Shown here one piece after another: positions 1 through 9,567 of a DNA stretch of 64,000 bases (its first letter is position 1; every line of letters begins with the position of its first letter). The position numbers and the translations under genes were made by a program. The notes under the pieces are model-generated. The model worked only from the letters and a program-made list of their open reading frames with translations. It was not told the origin of the DNA and made no database searches. Source of the DNA: an uncultured Alphaproteobacteria bacterium (GTDB lineage: Bacteria; Pseudomonadota; Alphaproteobacteria; CAVTAV01); contig CAWGIZ010000012.1 in NCBI GenBank assembly GCA_963822835.1, positions 703-64,702 of the forward strand, written 5' to 3'.

Positions 1-801
1 CACCTCACCAAGTACTCGAACATCACCGAGATCGAGACCGGCCAGAAGAAGCTGATCGTCGATGAGGCGATCGTCCCGCCGCGCGCGGTCTTCGACTATG
101 AAGTCTCCTTCGGCGCGCCGATGGGGTTGACCGCCGACGGCGCCCTCGATGGCGTCGCCCACTCTTTGGAGGTGCTCTACGGCGCGGTCGGCCAGAAGCA
201 CTACGATTTGATGACGGACGTCGCCCGCGAGACCTTCGATCTGGTCCTGCAATACCTGCCGCGTGTCATTGCGGATCCCGCCGATCCGAAAGCGCGGGAA
301 GCGCTCGCGCTGGGAACGGATCTGGGCGGCTATGCGATCATGCTCGGCGGCACCAACGGCGCACACCTGACGAGCTTCTCGCTGATTGACGTCCTGAGTC
401 ATGGCCGCGCCTGCATCATGATGAACCCTTACTACACGGTATTCTACGCGCCCGCGATCGAAGCGCCGTTGAAGATCATCGGCGCCAGCCTTGAGAAAGC
501 CGGCACTCTTGCCGCCGGCGCGACCGACGCGAAGCCGCGTCAAGCCGGCTTGGCGGTGGCCGACGCCATCCGGAAGTTCGAGACGAAGGTCTCGATCCCG
601 ACCACGCTCGGCGAAGTGTCCGGATTCGGCAACCATCACATCGATCGAGCGTTGACGGCGGCCAAGAACCCGCAACTCAAAATGAAGCTCCAGAACATGC
701 CCGTGCCGCTGACCGCCGAAATGGTCGACGAGTACATGGGCCCGGTCCTCGAAGCCGGCAAGACGGGCGACCTGAATCTGGTCAAGAACCTGGCGCACTA
801 G
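1..801 (+). CDS. iron-containing (group III) alcohol dehydrogenase family protein, 5'-partial (runs off window start)
   Basis: Frame 1 is open from nt 1 to TAG at 799-801. The translation (..GTDLGGYAIMLGGTNGAHLTSF..MMNPYYTVFYAP..IPTTLGEVSGFG..) resembles the C-terminal helical domain of Fe-ADH-type oxidoreductases. Motif recognition only. Confidence 0.7.
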   Translation, partial: HLTKYSNITEIETGQKKLIVDEAIVPPRAVFDYEVSFGAPMGLTADGALDGVAHSLEVLYGAVGQKHYDLMTDVARETFDLVLQYLPRVIADPADPKAREALALGTDLGGYAIMLGGTNGAHLTSFSLIDVLSHGRACIMMNPYYTVFYAPAIEAPLKIIGASLEKAGTLAAGATDAKPRQAGLAVADAIRKFETKVSIPTTLGEVSGFGNHHIDRALTAAKNPQLKMKLQNMPVPLTAEMVDEYMGPVLEAGKTGDLNLVKNLAH

Positions 802-964
802 AGAGCTACCACTTCTTTCTCCGAGGGAGGCCGCAAGGCTAATGGGCGTGGCCGGAGAACTATTCGCCGCCGCAGAACCACAACGAGTCCTATCACTTGT
901 TCGGTGATGGACTTGTCGTGCGGGTCTGGTTCACATACAATAAGAGCTTCTTACGGCTGATCTT

Positions 965-2560
965 ATGGACCACATACTCTCGGTTGTATTGTGGACCCCC
1001 CTCGTCGGGTTGCTGGTCCTGCTGCTGCTGCCGTCGTCTAATTCCCGCGCGATTAAGCTCTGGGCCAACATCGTGTCGTTCATCGGCTTCCTCGTTTGCC
1101 TGCCGCTGGTTTTCGAGTATGACCGCACGAAGGATTTTCAGTTCATTGAAAGGGCCGACTGGATTCCGTCCATCGGCGCCTCCTACCATCTTGGCATCGA
1201 CGGTTTCAGCCTCCTGCTCGTTCTGCTCACCGGCCTGCTGGGCTTTCTCTCGATCCTTTGCAGTTGGAGCGCAATCGAGCACCGGCTGAAGGAATACTAC
1301 GCTTATTTCCTCCTCTTGCAGGTGGGCATGCTGGGCGTCTTCATGGCGCTGGACTTTTTCCTGTTCTTCGTGTTCTGGGAAGTCGTCCTGGTCCCGATGT
1401 ACTTCATCATCGCGATCTGGGGCGGGCCGCGGCGTGTCTATTCGGCTATCAAATTTGTGATCTTCACGCTGGTCGGGTCGGTGCTGATGCTGCTCGGCAT
1501 CCTCATGCTCTACTTCGAGCACGCCCGGCAGTTCGGGGAATACACCTTCGATTTCAACGCGCTGGTGCAGCTTCAAATGGCGGCGGACCTGCAATGGTGG
1601 GTCTTCTGGGCTCTGTTCATCGGCTTCGCCGTCAAGGTGCCGATGTTCCCGTTCCACACCTGGCTTCCGGACGCGCACACCGAAGCGCCGACCGCTGGCT
1701 CCGTAATTCTGGCCGCCGTCCTACTCAAAATGGGGACATACGGGCTGCTCCGGTTCTCGCTGCCGCTGTTGCCGGAAGCCGCCAAGGACCCCGCGGTGAT
1801 TTCCGTCGTCTCGACGCTGTCGATCATCGCCATCGTATACGGCGCGCTGGTCTGTTTGATGCAGAAGGATTGGAAGAAACTCGTGGCCTACTCATCGGTG
1901 AGCCACATGGGCTTCGTCACACTGGGCATCATCGCGCTCAACCCGGCCGGTATCGCGGGCTCGATCCTTCAACAGATCAACCATGGCATCTCGACCGGCA
2001 TGCTCTTCCTGATTGTCGGCGTTGTCTATGAGCGCCGCCACACGCGCCTGATCTCTGAATATGGCGGCCTGCTGCGTGTGATGCCGGTTTTCACCATCAT
2101 CTTCCTGATCGCGGCGTTGAGTTCGATGGGCATCCCACCGCTCAACGGATTCATCGGCGAAATCACGATTCTCCGAGGCGCATACGAAGTCGCACTCAGT
2201 TGGGCCTTCTGGTCTGTCGTCGGAATCGCGCTGGGCGCGGCCTACCTGCTGTGGCTGTTCCAGCGGACCATGCTCGGCCAGACCACCGGGAAGAACCTGT
2301 CGCTTAAAGACCTGAACATCCGTGAGATCGCCTACTTTACTCCGCTTCTCATCCTGGCCTTCTGGATCGGTATCTATCCGAAACCGTTTTTCGACATCCT
2401 GGAGCGCCCGGTGGCCCAGATCGTCGAGCGCGTCCGGCCGGGCTACTTCGCGGAGCGTGGCCTGCCGAACCCCTTGGTCTCAGGGACCACTCTCGCCGGC
2501 GCACCGGAATCCATAGTCGTCGCGGTGGACGCCGGGGGCGTTCCGGCCGCGGACCGATAG
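965..2560 (+). CDS. nuoM: NuoM/ND4-family antiporter-like membrane subunit, not embedded in a nuo operon
   Basis: Intact 531-aa ORF. Diagnostic blocks [31 protein letters not shown] and [30 protein letters not shown]. Hydrophobic throughout. Confidence 0.85.
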   Translation: MDHILSVVLWTPLVGLLVLLLLPSSNSRAIKLWANIVSFIGFLVCLPLVFEYDRTKDFQFIERADWIPSIGASYHLGIDGFSLLLVLLTGLLGFLSILCSWSAIEHRLKEYYAYFLLLQVGMLGVFMALDFFLFFVFWEVVLVPMYFIIAIWGGPRRVYSAIKFVIFTLVGSVLMLLGILMLYFEHARQFGEYTFDFNALVQLQMAADLQWWVFWALFIGFAVKVPMFPFHTWLPDAHTEAPTAGSVILAAVLLKMGTYGLLRFSLPLLPEAAKDPAVISVVSTLSIIAIVYGALVCLMQKDWKKLVAYSSVSHMGFVTLGIIALNPAGIAGSILQQINHGISTGMLFLIVGVVYERRHTRLISEYGGLLRVMPVFTIIFLIAALSSMGIPPLNGFIGEITILRGAYEVALSWAFWSVVGIALGAAYLLWLFQRTMLGQTTGKNLSLKDLNIREIAYFTPLLILAFWIGIYPKPFFDILERPVAQIVERVRPGYFAERGLPNPLVSGTTLAGAPESIVVAVDAGGVPAADR

Positions 2561-4181
2561 CCGGACAAAGTCCGCCGTGACATCCATGGAGCCGCCGCGT
2601 AAGACACGGTCGCGCCCGCCCTCCTCGTACAAGTCGGAACACCACTCCCAGACATTGCCCTGCATGTCGAAGAGCCCCCAACCGTTGGCCTGTTTCGAAG
2701 CGACGGGGTGCGTGTTCCCGTCACTGTTCTTCTTGTACCAGGCGGTGCGATCAGGATCCTTCGTGTCCGATCCGGCGACCCCGCCGCGAGCAGCGTACTC
2801 CCATTCCTCCTCCGCCGGCAGCCGCCCGCCGGCCCATTCGCAGTAAGCCTTCGCATCATCCCAGGAGACTCGAACCATCGGATGATCGGCTCCTCTCCCG
2901 CCGTCGTTGGGCTCGAGCGAGGGCGGCAGCGCCCTGACAGTCGCTTGGGCGAAGCGGGCATAAGCAGCGACGGTGACTTCCGTCTGCCCGAGCCAGAAAC
3001 CGTGACTGAATTCGACCCGATGCCGCGGCGCCTCCGCATTTCCGCAGCCACCAGTTTGCTCGCAGCCAAGGAAGGCCTGCCCCGGGGGGATCCACACGTA
3101 ATTCAGGCGGTCGGCGGTGTTCTGCCGGACCGTGCCAGGCGACAGTGCGGTCTTCGGTTCGACTATCGGCGTTGGCCGCGCTGGAGCCGGGGTGGCGGGA
3201 ACCGGAGTAGCAGCAACAGAGGCCGGCCGGCCGTTGGGCGTGGGCCGCAGTTCGGCGAGTTTGATGCGAGCGAGATCGGCAAACCGCCCGGTCGTAAATT
3301 GCTGCAGGTAGGCCTGGAATTCCGCCGGGTTCTTGCTTCCCTGGATCGAGTTCCAGTATGTCAACTCGACCTGGAGATCGGCGTCCGAGGCACGCCCCGG
3401 CGCCGGCGCAGCCATGGGCGGCCGGAAATAGAATTCCCCGATGACGCTCGAACTCGTCCACGGCAATTGGCTCTTGCCGGAGGTCTCGTAAACTTCCGCG
3501 CGGACCCTGTCGAATACCGAGTTTAAGTCGAGACCCGGTTCCTCTAGATTCTTCAACAGCTTACTGGTGAAGAGACCGTTCCGCCCGTCGGGGTTGTCAT
3601 CCGCGGTCTGGCCCTGGGCGGTCGCGAAGGCAACGTAGGTTCCCCGCCCCGCGTGCATCGCGGCCAGCCCCTGGCCCGCCGAGCGGCCGCCGCCAAAGTT
3701 GTTGTTGCGGCAAGCGTCCAGAATGAGGATATTGAGCCGGGCCCCGGAACGCTCCAGATGCTCCTGGATGCGGGAGGCCGAATAGGAATCATACTTGGCG
3801 TCGACCTCGTTGCGGGCATTGAAGTCTACCGGCACGAGAAAGTTCTCGCCCTGAATCTGAATGCCGTGGCCGGAAAAGTGAAACAGCACTACGTCGCCGG
3901 GCTGCACTTTGCCGACGAACCGATCGATCGCACGCTCCATGGTACGGAGATCCGGGTCGATTACCCGGTCAACGCTGAAGCCGAGAATGGGCAAGTTCGC
4001 CGGCGAGGTCGTTCGCGTCATTGACCGCGTTACGCAGTTTCGAGGCGTGTTCGTAATTGTCAGCGCCGATGACCAGAGCGAGCCGGCGCTCCCGATCCGG
4101 CGTGATCTGTATATCCCGCTCCTGCGCGAAACATCCCAGAGTCGCGAACAGGAGGAATGCTCCCAGTCCCCTCCGTAGCAT
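2480..4181 (-). CDS. secreted caspase-like (peptidase C14) protease fused to a C-terminal FGE/SUMF1-like domain; frame broken once near 3985-3995
   Basis: ORF 3969..4181 carries a signal peptide (MLRRGLGAFLLFATLGCFAQ) and then RLALVIGADNYEH..NDANDLAGELA. It continues in the 2480..4297 frame (ILGFSVDRVID..). Caspase dyad motifs HFSGHG and ILDACRNN are present. C-terminal WEYAARGG, GNVWEWC, RGGS and GFRCA blocks match the FGE-sulfatase fold. Confidence 0.75.
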
Positions 4182-4303
4182 GTTACTGATTTTACACCGC
4201 CGGTCAATCCTCGGCTAGGCCTACAGTATGGATTACTTGAGGTCCAACACTGGCACTCCCCTGATCGCCGTTCCTGGGCGCAAGCGGCTTCCCCCAAACA
4301 TCT

Positions 4304-4741
4304 CTAGCCGAAGGGGTTCTGGTCCGGATGCCACGTTCCGTCGGCCGTTCCGTAGGGACTGGCAACGACGACGATATAGCCGTCCGGGTCCCGAATCCAG
4401 CACTCCCAGTGATTTGGCCCGCCATTGCCATCAGGAGAGTTCTGATGCCGAGGAATGACGATTTCGACATCCATTTGAGCGGAGCGCTGGATGATTGCTT
4501 CAAAATCTTCGACCTCGAACCACAGCAACACGCCATTTCCATAAGGCCGGTCGTCACGATTGCCGATCGGTCCGTGATGATGTTCAACTTCGAAGCTGTG
4601 CAACTGAAGGATCAGTTGCCCATTGGAAACCAGTTGTTCATATACGGAACCTCCATGATTGCTCACGCAGCCCAGCAGGCGCTGGTACCATCGGCTGCTT
4701 GCTTCCACATTGTTCACAGCTATCAACGGTTGAGGACGCAT
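4304..4741 (-). CDS. VOC/glyoxalase-bleomycin-resistance-like family protein (weak call)
   Basis: Intact 145-aa ORF. N-terminal IAVNNVEASSRWYQRLLG and C-terminal WIRDPDGYIVVV resemble the paired beta-alpha-beta-beta-beta modules of VOC proteins. Confidence 0.5.
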   Translation of the reverse strand: MRPQPLIAVNNVEASSRWYQRLLGCVSNHGGSVYEQLVSNGQLILQLHSFEVEHHHGPIGNRDDRPYGNGVLLWFEVEDFEAIIQRSAQMDVEIVIPRHQNSPDGNGGPNHWECWIRDPDGYIVVVASPYGTADGTWHPDQNPFG

Positions 4742-4878
4742 TCTTTGAATCTATCAACTCCAAGCGGATTCGAAAGGCTAATCGGCCACTCCAATAGGAA
4801 GCGGATTGGAATCACTGCCGGTGACGAGGCAGCCGGGCTGTTCGGCCCAGTAAATGGGCCAACCGGAGAGCGTTGCGG

Positions 4879-5969
4879 CTAGCCCTTGCGCTGCGGTTCT
4901 TCCTTCGTGTCGCCGATTCGAACCAGGTCCCGCTGCGGCTGGCGCTTCTTCGGCGGGGTCAGCAGCCGGTCCGGCAGCTTCGAGAGATAGGTCATCCGCT
5001 CGATCACCGGCAGTAGCTTGCGGACGAAGCGGCCGTGGAAGATCAGGCTTCCAATTACCAGCGACGGATGCGGAATCGTTGTGGGACAGCCGGCGCAGAC
5101 GTCGACCTCGCCGCCCCGGCCTTCGGCGTGCAGCCGCCGCCATCTCGCGGATCGGCTCCGAATTCCAGATCTCCTTCGAGCGGCTGCTCGCCGATCCTGC
5201 CGATCGGCCGGCCGTCTAGCGCGTAGCTCTGGCAGCAGGGGTAGACATCGCCGTTGTGCTTCACGTACATCGGGCCGCGCCAGAGGTAGTGGCACGGGTG
5301 TTTCCAGTCCTCGGCGTCGTGGACGGCGTCCGGTTGCAGGACGCTGGTTTCGTCCTGCTTGAGCCGCACCTGGTCGACGCCGGGAACGCCGCGCCAGAAG
5401 CGCATGAAATCCTCGGCCTCGGCCCGGTTGCCGTCCATTTGCACCATCTGGACGACGATCTGCACTTTGGAGCCGCGTTCCTTCTTCATCCGGGCGAAGC
5501 GTATGAAGTTGTCGCGCACTTTCTCGAAGCGCGCTCCCTTGCGGTAGTACTCGAAAGTCTCCTTGGTGGCGCCGTCGAAGCTGAAGCGTCACGTGCTCGA
5601 GCGGCGATATCGAGCAAGCCGGGCCGAGGCCTCCTCATCGAGCAGCGTGCCGTTGGTCGAGAGCAGCGTGTAGACGCCGTGACGGTCGCAGAACTCGATC
5701 CGGCCGTAAATCTTCGGATCGAGCATCGGTTCGCCCAGGCCGATCAGCATCATGTGCTCGGCGCTCGGGGCCGACTCCCCACCAGCCGCTCGAAGACCGC
5801 GTCCGTCATGTCTTCCTTCGGCTGAGGATACGTCTCGCGCGGACACATCGGGCAATAGAGATTGCATTTGGCGGTGGTCTCGACGATATACTCAACCGGC
5901 AAACCGTCCAATCCGTCGTGTCTGCCGGAGATATCCCCAGAGAAGCTTGGCCCGGTTCCAGGCTCTCAT
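4879..5969 (-). pseudogene. radical SAM / SPASM-domain protein, about 7 frame breaks
   Basis: Pieces in three minus-strand frames join into one protein. The order is MRAWNRAKLLWGYLRQ, LPVEYIVETTAKCNLYCPMCPRE (CX3CX2C), HMMLIGLGEPMLDP..STNGTLLDEE, FSFDGATKETFEYYRKG..RFARMKKERGS, and PCHYLWRGPMYVKHNGDVYPCCQ. It ends with IWNSEPIREM and RRLHAEGRGGEVDVCAGCP. Breaks fall near 5910, 5770, 5620, 5595, 5170 and 5135. Confidence 0.75.
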
Positions 5970-6027
5970 ACGTTCCTTTCATTGTAGCGGCCTCACCCGG
6001 CCGGCATCTTGTAAGGAGTTAGAGACC

Positions 6028-7443
6028 GTGTCCGCAATCTGAACGGGAAGGAGCCGCTGCCGGAGCAGGGAGTATGTTCTCTACTGGGCGCAAATGAACC
6101 GGCGCGCCGACGCGAACCACGGCTCTCGCCTTGCCATCCGTCCTTGCCAACCGTCTCGGATTGCCGGTGCTGTACTACGAGGGCCTTACCTGTTCGACTA
6201 CCCGCTCGCCAACGATCGGCTGCCAGCTTCATCCTCGAAGACGTGCCGGACACCGGGCGTCGCGCTGGAGGAACTCGGCATCGGATATCTTTTCTATCTG
6301 CGTCGATTCGCGCCTCGGATCCCAATGACGTGCTTCTACCGGCTCGCCGCCGAGGCCGCCGCCGTCGTGACCGACGATTACCCCACATTCCTGCCCGCCG
6401 CCACAACGACAGCGTGCATCGCAAGATCGACGATCCCTACTACGCCGTCGATTCGAGTTGTGTCGTGCCGATGGGCCGGCACACGAAGCGCGAGTACGCT
6501 GCCTATACCATCCGGCCGAAGATCCGCCGAAGGTGCTGCCGGAGTATCTGAAGCCCGTCGAGGTGACCGCTCCGCGGCGCCGCTACTCGACGGCCCGCCC
6601 TCTTCGTTTCACACGCAGGTGACGCCGGCGGCGATCCCGGCGCTCGTTTCCTCTTGCGAGATCGACCACTCGGTGCACGCCCTCCGCCGCGTTCCGTGGC
6701 GGCCGCACCGGCCGCTCCGGCCGCCTGGAGCACTTCCTGGCGACACAATTTGAGGCGCTACGCCCGCGAGCGCAACGAGCCCGTCCGCCCACGCCACTTC
6801 GCGACTCAGCCCGTACCTGCATTACGGCATGACCTCAGCCGCTGGAGGTGGCGCTGGCCGCTCGCAGCTACGCCGCCGCCGAGGGCCTGGTCGCCGACGA
6901 GTTTCTCGAAGAGCTGATCGTTCGCCGCGAACTGGCCTTCAACTTCGCCCGTATCTCGGAAGATCCACCGCCTCGCGAGCCTTCCCGATTGGGCGCGCCG
7001 CACGCTCGCGAGCATGCCGGCGACAACCGCGCAGCTCGTCTACACCCGCGAACAATTCGAGCATGCCCAGACCCACGATGCGCTCTGGAATGCCACTCAA
7101 ATGGAGCTGCTGCTGCGCGGCGTCATTCACGGCTACTACCGCATGTACTGGGGCAAGAAGATCATCGAGTGGGTCACGAACCTGTGACGACGCGCTGGAA
7201 ACGATGATCTGGCTCCACGACCGTTTCGCGCTCGACGGCCGCGATCCGAACACCTACACGAACATCCTCTGGTGCTTCGGCCTGCACGACCGTCCCTGGC
7301 CGGAGCATCCCGTCTTTGGAAAGGTGCGCACCATGTCGCTCGCCGGCATGGAGCGCAAGACGGACGTAGCCTCCTATATCCACGAAATCCGCCTGCTCGA
7401 ACAGACCGGCAGCGATCCCGCATCGCATACAATAATCATCGGA
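6028..7443 (+). pseudogene. phr: class II CPD photolyase (deoxyribodipyrimidine photo-lyase), at least a dozen frame changes and no stop before the next gene
   Basis: An AAGGAG sits 9 nt before GTG 6028. Recognisable class II blocks are scattered over all three frames: YVLYWAQMNRRADANH, LANRLGLPVL, LEELGIGYLFYL, DDPYYAVDSSCVVPM..KREYAAYTIRPKI, LSPYLHYGMTS and FLEELIVRRELAFNF. Further blocks are YTREQFEHAQTHDALWNATQMELLLRGVIHGYYRMYWGKKIIEW and MIWLHDRFALDGRDPNTYTNILWCFGLHDRPW. Confidence 0.8.
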
Positions 7444-8343
7444 ATGCAGGTCACGGTTACAGGTGGGACTGGTTTCATTGGCAGTCATCTCGTGATGCGC
7501 TTGCGGAACGCCGGGCACGCGGTTCGGATCCTTGGCCGGTCTCCAAAGAAAGGCATGACGCGCGACACGCCCGTTTTTCTGTGGAACGCCACCGAAGCTG
7601 AGCCCCCGCCGGAAAGCCTTCTCGGAGTGGACGCGGTCATTCATCTCGCAGGAGAACCGATCAGCCAGCGTTGGTCGCCGGAGAACCGCCGGCGGATTCG
7701 CGCCAGCCGCGTGGAGGGCACACGATTGCTGGTCGAGGCGATGGCACGCCTGGAGAGGCCTCCGTCGGTTCTGGTCTCGGCGTCGGCTATCGGATACTAC
7801 GGCGACCGGGGGGAGGAGGTCATCACGGAAGCCTCCGCGCCCGGCGAAGGATTCCTGGCGGAGGTTTGCGAGGCATGGGAGACCGAAGCCAAGCGAGCCG
7901 CGGATCATGGCGTTCGCGTCGTCAACATGCGGAATGGAATGGTGCTTGGTGCGGGTGGCGGAGCACTGGCCCAGATGCTTCCACCGTTCCGCATGTTCAT
8001 TGGCGGAAAGCTGGGATCGGGTGAACAGTGGATGTCCTGGGTCCATCTCGACGATGTCGCCGGCCTGATCGAATACGCGCTCCAGAACCCGGCTGTCTCC
8101 GGACCGGTGAACGCCACCGCCCCCAATCCTGTCCGCAACAAGCAGTTCACGCAGACCCTCGCCCGGACACTGCACCGGCCGGCTCTGTTCACAGTACCCG
8201 AGGCGGGCCTGAAGCTCCTGTTCGGGGAGATGGCGAGCATACTGCTCGACGGCCAGCATGTCCTGCCGAAGGCCGCCGAGTCCGCCGGCTATGTATTCCA
8301 GTACCCCGAACTCGGCTCGTCTCTAAAGGACCTTTTGGGCTAG
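7444..8343 (+). CDS. TIGR01777/YfcH-like NAD-dependent epimerase family protein (DUF1731 C-terminus)
   Basis: ATG at 7444. Rossmann motif VTGGTGFIGSHL. The tail GGKLGSGEQWMSWVHLDD..NATAPNPVRNKQF..QYPEL is typical of this family. Intact 299 aa. Confidence 0.8.
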   Translation: MQVTVTGGTGFIGSHLVMRLRNAGHAVRILGRSPKKGMTRDTPVFLWNATEAEPPPESLLGVDAVIHLAGEPISQRWSPENRRRIRASRVEGTRLLVEAMARLERPPSVLVSASAIGYYGDRGEEVITEASAPGEGFLAEVCEAWETEAKRAADHGVRVVNMRNGMVLGAGGGALAQMLPPFRMFIGGKLGSGEQWMSWVHLDDVAGLIEYALQNPAVSGPVNATAPNPVRNKQFTQTLARTLHRPALFTVPEAGLKLLFGEMASILLDGQHVLPKAAESAGYVFQYPELGSSLKDLLG

Positions 8344-8356
8344 CAGACGCCCGCCG

Positions 8357-9465
8357 TCAGGCCATTTGTTTGACTGCCTGGATGGTGGCGGCGATGTAGC
8401 CGTAGGAGAAGGCGAACGCTTGCAGATGGCCGGGGTCGTCCGGATGGTCCGGCACGTGGTCCGGCATCAACATATAGGGATAGCCCACCTCGCGGTACGC
8501 CAGCGCCGCATCGATCATGTTCACATCGCCGTTGTCGGGGAAAGTCTCGACGAAGTCGCCCCGCTTGCCGCGGATGTTGCGAAAGTGGACGTTGAAGATC
8601 TTGTCCCGCGAGCCGAAGTAGCGAATCACGTCGAAGATCTCCGCGCCGGGATCCTGCAGCATCTCCGAGACCGTGCCCTGGCAGAAGTTGATGCCATGGT
8701 ACGGGCTTTCCTGGATCGTGATGAGCTTCTTGAGGCCGTCCACCGTCCCGAGAACGCGATCCACACCCTGGTAGCCTTCGGGCGGAACTCCTGGATCGTG
8801 CGGATGGCAGGCCATGCGAATCTTGTTCTCGTTGGCCACCGGAATCACCTTGTCCAGGTAGTACGTGATCCGCTCCCAGAACATATCCGCCGTCACATCG
8901 CCCGCCTTGGTCTTCGGCGGTTCCGGCTTCGCTTCGGCAACCTTCCACGTGCTGAGGGTAGTGCCGCCGCGGCCCGGCGTGCGCTCGGTGCGCAACACGC
9001 CCAGAATGCTCATGTTGTACTTAATGGCCGGTACGCCCGCCTTGGCGCAGTTCTCGATCGTCTTCTGGATGTCCTCGATATCGTGGTCGCGCTCCGGGCT
9101 CTTGCCCAACATGATGTTCGGCCGTTTCTCCCGGTCGATGTGGCTGGACGCCAGGAACGGCGCGGGAACCATGTCCAGGCTGACGCCGTGCTTTTCGCAT
9201 AGCTCGCGAAGTTTCTCCAGGCTCTCCACCGTATAGTAGCCCGCGCTCTCCCAATCGGCCCGCTCCGGGTAACCGCAGATGTGCTCGACGCCGAACCTCT
9301 TGAAGAATTGCAGCCGCTCGTCCGAGGTCGGCCCCGTCTGGCAGCCCAGGACAAATTGGACCGGCTTGGGTTCCGCTTTCGCAGCCGCCGCCGGAGCGGT
9401 TTCGGACGACATCGAGCGGCCGCCATTCCAGCCGCGGTAACACCAAAAAAGTCTCGCCGTTTCAT
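8357..9465 (-). CDS. UxuA (mannonate dehydratase)-family TIM-barrel protein with a Tat-type signal encoded in a shifted frame (1 frame break ~9400-9420)
   Basis: The main frame carries AIKYNMSILGV..MACHPHDPGVPP..FNVHFRNIRG..MLMPDHVPDHPDD. The ATG at 9465 in the adjacent frame gives MKRRDFFGVTAAGMAAA (twin-arginine signal), which joins the main frame near SSETAPAAAAK. Confidence 0.7.
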
Positions 9466-9567
9466 TGTTGATAGAGTCTATCACCATCGCGGCCCATTCG
9501 GCCAGCGGGGGGCGAGACCGGGGCGGGATAGAGCCTCCGAGCCAAAAAAGTGCATAGAATGATACCC

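Noticed and set aside
2480-4181. Caspase-like protease as part of an anti-phage or abortive-infection module
   Set aside because: It carries a secretion signal, and no sensor, nuclease, gasdermin-like, NACHT/STAND or CHAT-associated partner gene is nearby. Its neighbours are metabolic genes.
5589-5591. In-frame TGA inside the radical SAM gene as a possible selenocysteine codon
   Set aside because: The residues on either side only make sense if a short intervening segment (ISPLEHVT) is read in another frame. That points to two compensating indels. There is no SECIS-like context, and the gene carries many other breaks.
4879-5969. Radical SAM/SPASM gene as a RiPP maturase or anaerobic sulfatase-maturating enzyme
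   Set aside because: No small precursor-like ORF, peptidase/transporter pair or recognition-element partner is adjacent. The Cys spacing and hydrophobic C-terminal segment do not match what I recall of anSME. The gene is also not translatable as written.
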